Shown here: one piece after another, positions 1 through 11,736 of the stretch
Layout: each line of letters begins with the position of its first letter
Numbering within the stretch: position 1 is the stretch's first letter
Source of the DNA: Octopus bimaculoides
Taxonomy: Eukaryota
Reading direction: 5' to 3'
Length of the DNA stretch: 35,378 bases
Assembly (NCBI RefSeq): GCF_001194135.2
Contig: NC_068982.1
Span: 25,510,695-25,546,072 of the forward strand
Position numbers and translations under genes: made by a program
Notes under the pieces: model-generated
The model's input: only the letters and a program-made list of their open reading frames with translations
The model's database searches: none
What the model was told of the DNA's origin: nothing

Positions 1-35
<35 letters not shown>
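1..35. repeat. (TA)n microsatellite
   Basis: Perfect TA run at window start. Confidence 0.95.
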
Positions 36-38
<3 letters not shown>

Positions 39-1858
39 AATAAAACACACACATAAAACACAAACACACAATCATATATACATGCATAACGATTACATCC
101 ATTCAGGTTTGAGATAATAATGTGCTAGTCAATTATTAGATTGACTTATGCCCCTGTAACGCATCGTGGATGGGTGTGAAATTGATATAGAAAACTAAGA
201 CCAGATCTAATTTGATTTTCAACACTTTGAGGTCAGTAAAATATATATGAATCCAAATTGACTATATATAGCTGAACGTGTATGAAGATGACCACAGTAA
301 GCGAGTAAGCCAGTATATGTATATGTATAAACATATAGAGTGGTTCTACACCGAGAAAGTAGAATTTTTAAATGAGCTCAAATAATGATGGCCTTCAGTG
401 GCCCAGATGGATGAACTAGAAGACAACTACATTCAATAATATGAAAAATAAATAAGAGAAAACTATACTGTTTGTTTGGATTTATACAAGGGAAATTAAT
501 AAAAAGTTATAAAATCAGCATGTTTATCTTACCATTTTTTGCTGTTTATCATTTCGAGAGAAATTCAGTGAAGCACTCTGAACACGTCTGTATATATTTC
601 CTTACGATATCGGTTCAGATATAAATCTTCTTTTCTCATTATGAAAACAAGTATCACGTAACAAAAAAGAAAAACGATTTATTATTCTGATCGGTCTTGT
701 CGTTATTTATTAATATGATGTATTGCTCTGAACTCGTATAGTTGTAATGACAGCAATATTTTACCCAATCATTCTATAACCCGTCTAAATAAATATAAAG
801 GAAGTAACATATTATGAAAAAGTGCAACATATCACATGATCTAATAAATAACTGAAACCATTTTACGAAACATAGTACTTTAAACATCCATATTGTTTAC
901 AGGAACTAAGTAGATGTTGTTATGTTTATGAAATTAATGTATTGTTATCCAAGCTGATTGGTTCATTCATAGAATGCCACTTTGTGCTATATGCTCGTGT
1001 TCATCTTGCGCTTGCTTCGTTGTATATACACTGTGCCCTGCTTCTGCAATCATTTTTTTTTCCAAAATATTCTACATCCTAAAAAGGACGTGTTACAGAT
1101 GCTATTCAGTCGGATTGTTTCTTCGATTCATTGATTGTTTTGATGCAGATATTAACAGACATTCTATCATCAGACTTCACACGTTTCCCACATGACTGAA
1201 AAATTCATTTCAGGATCTTGCTGTACATATGAGAGTGAGAAAGTGATAAGTGCCGCTCTGAATTTGTTGAAACAATGTACAAGATCATGGAACATTCACC
1301 TAGAAACTTAACCTCGCGATCTATTGTTTTCTAAGCGTGGCCCACTCACACCTTTAAAAGTCTCCTTGGATTCTGGTGCTTCAGAAGAACAGAAACGTGT
1401 TAATGTTTTTGTGAAGATGCCTTCTATGATTATAACATTCTTCACTTCTTCATATTGCATCAAGGACTAGGTTATCCATTCATCACATCTCTATGAAATG
1501 CTGTTGAATTTTCCTTGAAGAAAATTGTATCACTGTTTAAAGCAGATCGATATCAGTTTAGATACTTTCTCTCTAACTGTTTCTTTACATACATTATTAA
1601 GTAGATTCCACAATTTCATGTAGATATTTATAAAAAAATATATTGAATTATAGACTTCTGACATAGTTAAGTCATCACCTAAGGTTTCGTTAATCGATCA
1701 TATTGACGTTAGTACATACTTCAGTTAGCTAACTATTCAATCGAGTTACGCTTTAACATAGAGACAATGGTCGTCATACTTTTATAAACCTGTAAACATG
1801 TTCATATAGACAAACACAGGCACTCACACACACGCACGTATATACCTATGTATATACG

Positions 1859-1977
1859 TAGGTACATATTTATATATTCACGTATCTATCAATACATATG
1901 CACACATACACGTATGTGTATATGTAGGTACATATTTATATATTCACGTATCTATCTATACATATGCACACATACAC
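1859..1977. repeat. 66-bp-period tandem duplication
   Basis: taggtacatatttatatattcacgtatctatc(a/t)atacatatgcacacatacac occurs at 1859 and again at 1925. Confidence 0.85.
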
Positions 1978-2080
1978 CCACACACACTCTCTCTCTCTCT
2001 CTCCCTTTCTCTCTTTCACCTTCTCTCTCTCTCTCTCTCTCACACACACTCTCTCTCTCACGCACACACACGCACACACA
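1978..2080. repeat. compound (CA)n/(CT)n microsatellite
   Basis: Direct reading. Confidence 0.9.
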
Positions 2081-2086
2081 TCTATA

Positions 2087-2896
2087 CAGGGTGCAGTGAA
2101 TGAAATTACGCAAGAAGGAGAATACTAAAGAGTAAATTTATTCCATAAAATCGCCATTGGCTTCAACCACGGTCTCCGGACGACTTCGGAATCTTCTGTA
2201 AATCTTCTGAACGGTCACCTTGTTTAGATTGGTGAATGCTGCCATAAACCTTGCCTTCAGTTCATCTTTGGTGTTAAAAGGAGTTTTGTTGGTCTCTAGC
2301 TCAACTGTGACCCACACATAATAATCAAAGGGGCTGGAGTCTCTGGAATTAGGTAGACAGATGTTAGGTGTGATGTGGTCACAGAAATTGACAGACAGCT
2401 ATAGCTGGGTTCTCCTGCTTGTGTGGCATGGTGCAAAGACCTGTTGCCAGACATAGGGCCTTCCAGCAGCTACCCCTCTTAACCCAGAGCAGGAGTACCA
2501 CCTGCATGCACTTGATGTAGGCTTCGGTGTTGAGAGTGAGGGCGTGTGAGAAGATGAATGGAGGCAGAACGTCACCATCACTAGCGATGACTCCAAATAC
2601 CATGATGTTGACTGGTTGTTTGATTTTTATCACTTTCAGGACATAACCTCAGATTGCAGTATCCTCAAATTTACAGCCAAACACTGAAATGTTCGTACTG
2701 GAGTTTCGGGCGCGAATGCTAAGCAGTACAGTATGTCGTTTCCAAATTCCTGGCAGAAAGAATTGCGCCATGATGCTGTTTTTCTCATAGACAGTGTCTA
2801 ACTTACCCTACTATACTGTAGCCGACAAAATTAAAAACAAAGCAATGCGAACGTGCGAAATTAAAAATTGGTGATAATTTACCCATTGCTTCTGGG
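2087..2896 (-). mobile_element. Internally deleted Tc1/mariner-superfamily transposon, maT (DD37D) family
   Basis: Terminus TA|CAGGGTGCAGTG at 2085-2098. A degenerate opposite end lies near 2870-2896 (rc gcaatgggtaaattatc vs gcagtgaatgaaattacg). Transposase remnants lie between the ends on the minus strand. Confidence 0.85.
2138..2771 (-). pseudogene. maT/DD37D transposase pseudogene (frameshifts, stops, large internal deletion)
   Basis: N-terminus MAQFFLPGIWKRHTVLLSIRARNSSTNIS../CLAVNLRILQ (HTH-like) joins at ~2650 to KIKQPVNIMVFGVIASDGDVLPPFIF..NTEAYIKC../GRPYVWQQ[V]FAPCHTSRRTQ..PNSRDSSPFDYYVW..ANGDFME*. By manual count there are 37 residues between the second catalytic position (mutated D>V in QQD) and the D of SP-D-x-x-P-x-D. 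Confidence 0.85.
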
Positions 2897-2939
2897 CTAG
2901 TTTGTCATGGTTCGGTGGTTTTTCGACTGGTCGTAGAGT

Positions 2940-3665
2940 TCAAGATGGTGCGAGTGTGTGTGCGTGGTTGTGTGTGTGCGTGGTTGTGTGTGTGTGTATG
3001 TGTTTGTTCGTGTCTGTGTATGTGTACGTCTGTGTGCGTGCGTGTGTATGTCTGCGTGTGTTGTGTTGGTCAGAGTGGTGTATGCGTGCACGTGAGTATA
3101 TGTGTGTGTCTCTGAGTATGTTTGTAGTGTTATAATTGTCCGGGTGGTGTGTGTATGTCTGTGTTTGAGTGTACATACTTATGTGTGTGCATATGTATGT
3201 ATGTGTGAGTGTATGTGTGTGTGAGTATTTTGTATTTCTCAGGGGCTGTGTGTGTCTACGTGTGTGTTACGTTTATCAGGGTGGTGTGTGTAACGTGTAC
3301 GTACTGTGCATGTTTGTACTGGGTTTGTGTTTATGTAACTATGTATGTAGGTGTGGTTTATGTCTATTTCGAGTGTGTGTGTATGTGCTATATTTGTTGC
3401 GGCGAAGTGTGTGTGAGTACGTGTGCATGCGTGTGTATGTTATTTTTCTGTGTGGTGTATGCGTATTTTTGAGTGTAATTTTGTGAGTGTTTTATTTGTA
3501 TTGTTTGTGCAGTGTGTGTGTATATGTGTGGGTGTGTTTGGGTGAGTGTGTCTTGTATTTGTCAGGCGGGTGTGTGTTATTATGTGCGTGTACGTGCTTG
3601 TGTATATGTGTGTGTCTGTGAGTGTTTGTTGTGATTGTTGGAATTGCCTGTGTGTATGTGTGTGC
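2940..3665. repeat. Degenerate (TG)n low-complexity tract, ~725 bp
   Basis: Continuous G+T-rich imperfect TG repeat; it generates the spurious VCVC/HTHT ORFs. Confidence 0.9.
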
Positions 3666-3704
3666 TTTTTTAAGATTAAAGGGTGTGATTGTAATCAGAA
3701 ATAC

Positions 3705-3749
3705 TGTTTATTTATATAATGTTTATTTATATAATGTTTATTTATATAA
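3705..3749. repeat. 15-bp minisatellite x3 (tgtttatttatataa)
   Basis: Three perfect units. Confidence 0.9.
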
Positions 3750-4091
3750 TGTTGCAATTAACTGCAGCCACAAATCTCCTAACATATTTAAATGCTGGAG
3801 GAAAGTAAATTATGATAATCGTTAATTTCACAATTCAAATACCCTGTAATTGGCATAGGTTTATAATTACTTATAATTTGAAACGATTATTGAACAATAG
3901 CTACTAAAGTGAAGAAATCTGTGACTAGCTGTAGAAATGTTTATACACTTATTCTTTATAATTGCCTGTATAAACCTATACAGATAAACATATACAGGTT
4001 TATCTGTATACGAATGTGCATGAGTGCAGGATATATATATATAGAGAGAGAGAGAGGGAGGGGAAGGGAGGAGTCACAGACAGATCCATTT

Positions 4092-4552
4092 GCAGTCATG
4101 ATTAGGACGATGTTACTACCTTTTTAAGCCCCAGGAAAACATCATTTCCAGCTAGCTACCGATGCACAACGGCGTCCTTATACCTCGAACAAGGGAGGCT
4201 AATGTCCCCACTCAGCCTAAGTGGCACCTTGCGGATCATGGTTTCTGGGTTATTTCTCTTCATCGGCACAGGATAGTCGTTCGCCACAGATGGCAGCAGT
4301 AGGCCTTGCTCGAGGTATATACTTTTAAAGGGACGCACAGTCACTAATCTCATGGAAAGAAAAACAATTAGTTTTAAATCTGTGAGCGAGAAGTAAGTAG
4401 CAACAGCAATACAGAGTAAAATCTATTTCCCAACGTAAAATGGAAGTCCTGATTAGGACGATATTATTACCTTTTTAGTCCCAGGAAAATGTCTTCCCCA
4501 GCTGGCTACCGACGCACAACTACGTCCTTAAACCTCGAATAAGGGAGCTAAT
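4092..4552 (-). mobile_element. ~351-bp repeat family, unit A plus partial unit B (retrozyme/Penelope-pLTR-like)
   Basis: attaggacga recurs at 4101 and 4452 (period 351). The same family occurs at 33738-34360. Strand is given as the hammerhead-sense strand. Confidence 0.8.
4227..4272 (-). ncRNA. Type I hammerhead-ribozyme-like motif, copy A
   Basis: rc: CCUGUG-CCGAUGA-AGAGAAAUAACCCA-GAAA-CCAUGA-UC-CGCAAGG. Stem I is CCUGUG/CGCA(A)GG; there is a stem III mismatch. Confidence 0.55.
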
Positions 4553-4555
4553 CAA

Positions 4556-4879
4556 TGACTGCGTGTCACTTTAAAACTATACACCTCCAGCAAGGCCTAG
4601 TGCTTCCATTTCTAGCTTACGATTATCCTGTGCCGATAAAGAGAAATAGCCCAGAAACCATGGTCCGCTGGTACCGTATAAGGCTGAGTGGGGACACTAG
4701 CTTCCCTGTCTGAGGTATAAGAACGCAGTTGTGCGTCGGTAACCAGCTGCAAAAGATGTTTTCCTGGTGTTAAAATGGTAATAATATCGTCCTAATCAGG
4801 ACTGCCACTTTACATTGGGAAATAGATTTTACTCGGTAGTACTGCTAATACTTACTTCTCACTGAGAGATTTAAAACTA
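4556..4879 (+). mobile_element. Inverted copy (unit C) of the ~351-bp family
   Basis: Reverse complement of 4092-4343 (matching 4556-4805) and of 4369-4552 (matching ~4698-4879). Confidence 0.85.
4627..4671 (+). ncRNA. Type I hammerhead-ribozyme-like motif, copy C
   Basis: CCUGUG-CCGAUAA-AGAGAAAUAGCCCA-GAAA-CCAUGG-UC^CGCUGG. Stem III contains the palindrome ACCAUGGU. Predicted cut after C4665. G8 is mutated to A. Confidence 0.55.
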
Positions 4880-4881
4880 TG

Positions 4882-4952
<71 letters not shown>

Positions 4953-4990
4953 GTACGTATGTGCGTGTGTCTGTGTTTGTGTGCGTCTGT
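4880..4990. repeat. (TA)n/(TG)n microsatellite
   Basis: Direct reading. Confidence 0.95.
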
Positions 4991-6918
4991 GTGTATAAAG
5001 CAACAAATATATACAACTCATCACGTTGAGATAACCGAAATTTTCCTCCTGCCTTTTTCTTACTATGCATATATGTGTGTGTGCGTGTGTGTGTTCTTAG
5101 ATGCATGTTTATGTGTGTGCATTTTTTAAAAATATGCATGTATGTGTAATCATTGAGTGTGCATATATATACGTGTGTGTGTGAGCGTGAATGTGCTTGT
5201 GTGTTCGTGCATATGCATATTATATTTGCATATATGCATCTGTAAGCATGTTACGGTTAACAACAATGTTACAATGTTGATGGTAAGCGTGATTTGTTCA
5301 GCGATGCGTATCTGAGTTTATGTTTTATTGCATTAATGACTTCTAATTCTAAATCCCTGGAGAAAAGATATTTGCCTGTTGATGATTCTAGGAATTTTAT
5401 GCAAATTATTAGCAAGTAGATACAGCAATATATACATGTGCATTCATATATGTATCAAAGTTTATGTAAATATGTATGAATTTAGTTACATATATGTGTA
5501 CCTATGTAAGTTATTTATACTTGACTATACATATAGCGTATGCGTGTATATGCAGCTATATATATTTCCATATAATTATTCTATTGAACCTAATCCAAGC
5601 TGTCTCCATCTTCTTTCACACAATTTCAGTTTGTATTCAAATACCCATGGAGATGTGAATCAGTACCACGAAATTTTGAAGTAAAAACTAATTATATATG
5701 TGAGAATATAGATTTCGTTTGGACGCATCAGATCTTCGTATATCTTTGAATTTACATTTAAATTCTACAGAGTTGCTGCCTCTCTCGAAACTATATGTTA
5801 TGAAAAGAAGCAAACGTTCTCCTGTATCGGTGACTTTAGTCAGAACGTCAGCTGTTGGTGAAACTGTTTATGACCCACGCCGTCAAATCAAGCCTTATGC
5901 TCGGTTCTTACCCCAACACCTTTTGTCCCATAGAACCTTATACTTGCTGTCACCTCCAAATTAACACTGTGACTTAATTGATTCTAACTTTCATCTTCTC
6001 TTACCCATTCAAGCTCATCCATCTGCATCGTGAGCATTATAATGGAAAAACCAAAACAGATTTCAGGAAAAAAAACTTTAAAAATATTTTTCAATGATAC
6101 CAATCTCGTCTCCTTTAAATGGAAAATCATGAAGTCACTGTACATGCCAAAACACTATCACACTTCCTTCACACTTAGAGATAATCTCCAAATCATACAA
6201 GCTGTCTGCGAGGAGCTCTCCAACAAATTCACATCTGTAACATTGTAATGATTGCAAGATTTTCTACAGAGCCAGAAATTACTTGACTCCATAAGCCATA
6301 AGTACAGCATACATGTTATCGGCAATGGAGTACACATGTCTTTCATGTAACCATCGATTTATAGTGTAACGGGATTGTTAACAGAGAAAATGCCACCGGT
6401 CTGCAAATGCTACGGTCAAATTCATGTTCCCCAGCGCTGATTGATAAGAAAAAATTGTTTTGGCGCCTTTCGATGAAACTAAGATGCACTATGTCAAACA
6501 CTATACGTGGTAGAAGAAAATCACAAAGCCTAAGACCATATCATGCTGAACATTGCGGATAAACCCTCCGAACAAAGAGGTTCTTGGCAATCAGACTGTT
6601 CTTCTCGACGAGAGAAATAATAAGTTCATACATCATACTTGAGTGTTTTTTTATTTTTGTGTGTGTGTTCGTATTTCTATCGTAGTGCCTCCCTACTGAG
6701 CTCTATAGATTTTATCTGCAAGAGGCTTCAAGAATCAATGGTACACCTACTGCATTGAGAAGCTGTTCATTCAATAATCGTACGTATTTTAGCTTGAAGT
6801 CAAAAATACTTTCTTTACCCTAAAACATACCAATCTTCGTTTATTTACTAGTAAATCTTACTTTCCAAAGATGCTAGATTATGTTTAACATTGTTGCCGA
6901 TGCTGTTACTTTTACTAG

Positions 6919-6974
<56 letters not shown>
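6919..6974. repeat. (ACT)n trinucleotide repeat
   Basis: Direct reading. Confidence 0.95.
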
Positions 6975-7553
6975 GAGAACATGATGACGAGGAGGAGTGG
7001 AGGAGGAGGCGGAAAGTAATGACGATGGTGATAACGTTGACGTTAATGACCTCTTGTCAAATCTCAATGATGAGACGTCGTTCAACGTTGTTCCATTTTT
7101 GACTATGTCCACATTTTTACGACACGTTTACATTTCGTGTGCAGCTACAATAATGTATACTTCATGAAAAATTGGCTGCTCATAAAATAGTTACGTAATA
7201 GCGATGTAGCTAAACGTTAACACGATGCTACATTGGTGACTTTTATTGTAATACGTTTACAACTTTTGGGTTATCAAAATTGCTCAGCCATTTGTTCCTA
7301 AGATATCACCAATTTTACAATACAAATATTAGTTTTAATTCTGATGGAAGGGACATATTGTCACAACATGACAGTGGAGACGATGAAACATGGAAAACAT
7401 AACAACTAAATGAGTTGGAGAAAAAGATATATAGCTTATCTGATATATAGCTGTTTACCGCTATTTCATTGCCCTTCATTAGTTAATAGTGAGAAAGAGT
7501 GGTTGGTAATGAGCATGGTCCATGATTAAATTAAAAGAAAAATTACTACACAC

Positions 7554-7558
<5 letters not shown>

Positions 7559-7612
<54 letters not shown>

Positions 7613-7833
7613 NNNNNNNNNNNNNNNNNNNNNNNNNNNNNNNNNNNNNNNNNNNNNNNNNNNNNNNNNNNNNNNNNNNNNNNNNNNNNNNNNNNNNNNN
7701 NNNNNNNNNNNNNNNNNNNNNNNNNNNNNNNNNNNNNNNNNNNNNNNNNNNNNNNNNNNNNNNNNNNNNNNNNNNNNNNNNNNNNNNNNNNNNNNNNNNN
7801 NNNNNNNNNNNNNNNNNNNNNNNNNNNNNNNNN

Positions 7834-7881
<48 letters not shown>
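7559..7881. repeat. (TA)n spanning assembly gap (N 7613-7833)
   Basis: TA runs on both sides of the gap. Confidence 0.9.
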
Positions 7882-7885
<4 letters not shown>

Positions 7886-8209
7886 AGACACACGCACATA
7901 TATATGTGTGTATGTGTGAATGTAGGTGTGTATAAGTGTACATTAAAATATAGGATTTAGCAACCGGAAATTAGAAAGCTGGATACCATTACTTGATGCT
8001 TAGCAACATGTCGAAGAGGAAAACAAATATAAAAAGGGAATAATTCTTATGTCCATATGATTAATGAGAAGAGTGTTAGGAAATAAGAGTTCCATTACAA
8101 CCTGAATATAATATGCCGTTATGATAACGCACGCGGGCGTTATTGTATTTTTGCTTTATAGAAGCGTGCGTGTGTGGATGCATTTGTGGGCATGTATAGG
8201 CATATACAA

Positions 8210-8234
8210 TGTGTGTTGTGTGTGTGTGTGTGTG

Positions 8235-8286
<52 letters not shown>
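8210..8286. repeat. (TG)n microsatellite
   Basis: Direct reading. Confidence 0.95.
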
Positions 8287-8289
<3 letters not shown>

Positions 8290-8440
8290 TAAATATACAA
8301 CTGAGAACCTTTTAACCGATTTTGTCAAAGTCACTCGTAATTTCTGACAACTCGTTAACAAGCAAATATTTCGGAGAGCACTGAACGAAATTTTTTGCAT
8401 TATCAGAAAACATCATTATAAGAAAACATTTCCGATTCCA

Positions 8441-8586
8441 TACATTTTGAGTTCACATTCCACCAAGGTCAACATTCCCTTCCTCCTTTCAGTGTTGATA
8501 AAATAAATGCCAGTTGAATACCGGGATCAATTTAATCAGCTATCCTCTCTCCTAAAATTGCTGAGTTTTACCAAAATTTGTAATCC
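8441..8586 (+). mobile_element. Diverged SINE family 1 copy (body and tail)
   Basis: gagttcacattccaccaaggtcaacattcccttcctcctttcagtgttgataaaataaatgccagttga aligns with the 15465-15689 copy. Confidence 0.7.
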
Positions 8587-9416
8587 GTACTATTACACGA
8601 ACTTTCATTAAATTTGTTATTGATGATGAACACTGATGTGGTAGACCTTATGATTAATATACTCCTGCCATGATAAGGGGAACTATTTTGTCATTCTTAT
8701 CGAATATGCAACGATACTCTTCCCTTTAATCTTCGTTCTTCCCGCTACGTGTTCTATCGCGCAATGTGTATTGTTTCCGTAGACATTTGAATGTTAAAGA
8801 CATTCAAACAATTCTTTGTTATAGATTTTTACCGACAAGTAAATCCCTCTTGATAGATTGTATTTCAGCTTCATGTCACTGTTGATTAAACGGATTTCAA
8901 TTTGGTAAGTGAAGATAGCTGTGTATTCGATATATATCCATATGTTTCATAGAGGAGAGTTGTTGTTGCTGTTATTGTTTTTCTTCGTCGTTTTTCATTC
9001 AAAGATGAGCTCTGAATGAGCTGACATAATAGTCAAAGACATTCAAACCATCAGTAATTAGCCTATTTCTAAAAGCTTGGGTTGCAAGACTACATTCCCT
9101 TGCTTGAATATTTCATCTATCTAAAAGTGATGGATATGTTTTGAGCATGATTTAGTTCTTGTTTCTAGCAAGTTGAGGGATTGAGTAGATTCTCTTAACC
9201 ATCAACTCACGAAGCCACACTCACACACACATAGTGAAAAGGTCAGAGCTAGATATGTTCAATATAGAAAATGCCCACATGTATTAGTACTCGAATGATT
9301 TGAACTTATCTCCGAAATCTTTATTGAGTACTGTGTCCACGGGTGAAAGGGTGGCTAGAAGAGAAATACAGGTAAACTGCCATGGAGATGGTGATGCAGA
9401 TAATTCTAGTTAGGTT

Positions 9417-9451
<35 letters not shown>

Positions 9452-11569
9452 GAGAGAGAGAGAGAAAGAGAGAGAGATGTATAAATACAGGCGGCTAAAT
9501 ATATTCAGAAAATAAATATGCACAAACATAGAGATATTTACATGTATAGACAGATAAATTAGCACTTGCATGGTGCATAAACACTTTATAATACTAGACA
9601 GTGGATGCTTAGATTTTTAACTCAACAGCTGTTTCTGGGAGCTCGGACTTATGTATTAATCCTAATATATATGATTGACAGATAGAATGTGCAAAATGTA
9701 AAGGATATGTGACTAGGAAATGATCGCATAGAGACATTACTATAAGAGCAGCTTCCTTTGTCGGAAGACAGATTTAGCAAATAAATGAATATATAAATAT
9801 CTCAAAATAACTGAACTAAAAGCAGAAATAGAATGTAGGACTTTAGCTTCACAGCATCAATTCCTAGTCCACAAGGAATAGTTAATGAAATAAAAACTTT
9901 TGCCGAAATTAATAAGATGCTGTTATTAGGAGGAATAACAAAATATACCCACATATATAACCGAAGTTTTAGCTATAACCACAAACGGATGTGAAGGTTA
10001 AACATGATATATGATACTTAACATATCCCAAAGTCAGTATATATCATTATTCAGTCTACGCTAAAATTATTGATCAACGTTATCCATTCAGAATACATAA
10101 TCAAAGAGAACCATGGGAATATACATTCAGCTGAACATTCCGATTACTTGTTACAAATCATCTTCAAAGAAGGAGATCATAAAATATCAATGCACATTTA
10201 TTTGAAATAGAAATATGTCTGCATCACCAAGATTGACCATCATCTTAGAGGACAGAAAATAACGTAAATCCTCTTGCCAACTACTAATATTCCACAATGC
10301 TGAAATTAAATCTGTATGTGGGAGGGCTATGACGCTATTCATATTGAAATCCTATACCATATCAAAAGACCTGTCACGCGTCCAACTGATATTGAAATCA
10401 CTATATAAAACACATTTGTCTACTCCACATAAAATCTGTTTCCTCTCCTTACATTTTCTACTCCATCTGTGGTGGACACCGCTCCTTAAGGCCAACCACC
10501 CCAGTGTCGTCGGCATTTACAGATGCCTAACTCACTTGCCTCTCCTCCATTTATCATCTAAATTCTGTTCACACCCTGCATCTGCATTCAACGCTGTTCC
10601 TAATGACTGCGTTCCAGAACGTCATCTTTATGTAATTCAAACCTTACAGATGTTTTACCCTACAACAGTCGTATTACAACTATTGGGGAAAAACATTAAG
10701 CACGTTGTGTTGGAGGACAGGAGAATGCTTGGTGCACAGCCCCATCCCTCGAAGCAATCCAAATGAAACGACCACCAACAATTATTAGTGCTCTGGATAT
10801 GAGAAAAAGAACATGAAGCAAAATCATAAACAAACATGGTTTACAACTTTACATAGAGTCCAAAAAATATCTCTTATAGAAACATACATCTTATGATATA
10901 CACATTCAGTTAAGTATATCATCTGAGGCAGCTCTTTCTACTCTAGCACATATTATGCATGTTCTACTCAACCGGCCCCAATAGTTTAACTTTACTTATA
11001 GCCTATATTCTTTTGAATGAGACTAAGAAAAATATTACGTTTGTTTTCTGAACCATGTTAATACACGAAAAGAAGAAAAGAAAACAGAATAATTTCATAA
11101 AACTATTCTATAGAAAAAGAAAACAGTAATCGCACGCTGGTGTAGTCATCAGATAAGAAAATATCAGGAAATTGAACAAGAATGATTGTTTAAACACAAG
11201 TTTGTTGAACTCGTAACAGCAAGTATATATTGATAAAAATTAAACGGTAATTTGTTGATTGCATTTCTTGGAAAATGAATGAAAAACAAAATAAGGAAAA
11301 GCGTTTTGATTGGCCTGTTCTAGATCCGGTTCAAATTGTACAGACAGAGCGTCTAAGTTGCTTTAAAGGCATTTTTAATGTAAAACACTCTTAATAAAAC
11401 AGAACACCCTGAAGATGGTTTACATCAAATCATACTTGCGTTGACATGCACTGTTATGCATGAGTGTCAGTGTGTGTGTATATGGGTATCTGTGTGTGTC
11501 TCCGTGTTTATACATCTATATATTTTTGTTTGGTAAATATACGTGCATGTACATATACACGCACTCAGA

Positions 11570-11683
11570 GACATATATATNNNNNNNNNNNNNNNNNNNN
11601 NNNNNNNNNNNNNNNNNNNNNNNNNNNNNNNNNNNNNNNNNNNNNNNNNNNNNNNNNNNNNNNNNNNNNNNNNNNNNNNNNNN

Positions 11684-11733
<50 letters not shown>

Positions 11734-11736
11734 GAA
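11570..11736. repeat. (TA)n/(GA)n around gap (N 11581-11683)
   Basis: Direct reading. Confidence 0.9.

Noticed and set aside
4444-4466. Hairpin gtcc-tgatta-ggac-ga resembling hammerhead stem II
   Set aside because: Not preceded by CUGANGA nor followed by GAAA; the better-fitting motif lies elsewhere in the unit.
4092-4879. CRISPR-like or prokaryotic repeat system
   Set aside because: No short repeat-spacer periodicity and no prokaryotic gene content anywhere in the window.
5719-6480. Short ORFs with CNDCKIFY and PPVCKC motifs suggesting GIY-YIG or a zinc knuckle
   Set aside because: Isolated Cys pairs in different frames without supporting flanking motifs; a Penelope partner for the hammerhead repeat cannot be claimed from this.
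7479-7943. Long ORFs over N gaps and microsatellites (also 11460-11813, 23175-24102, 25293-26157, 26649-27718, 30814-31090)
   Set aside because: Open only because of Ns and di-/tri-/tetranucleotide repeats; there is no coding signal.
10329-10766. 145-aa ORF in a slightly GC-richer patch
   Set aside because: No recognisable domain, no convincing splice sites, and the other frames are closed. It may be decayed retroelement sequence, but no motif could be fixed.
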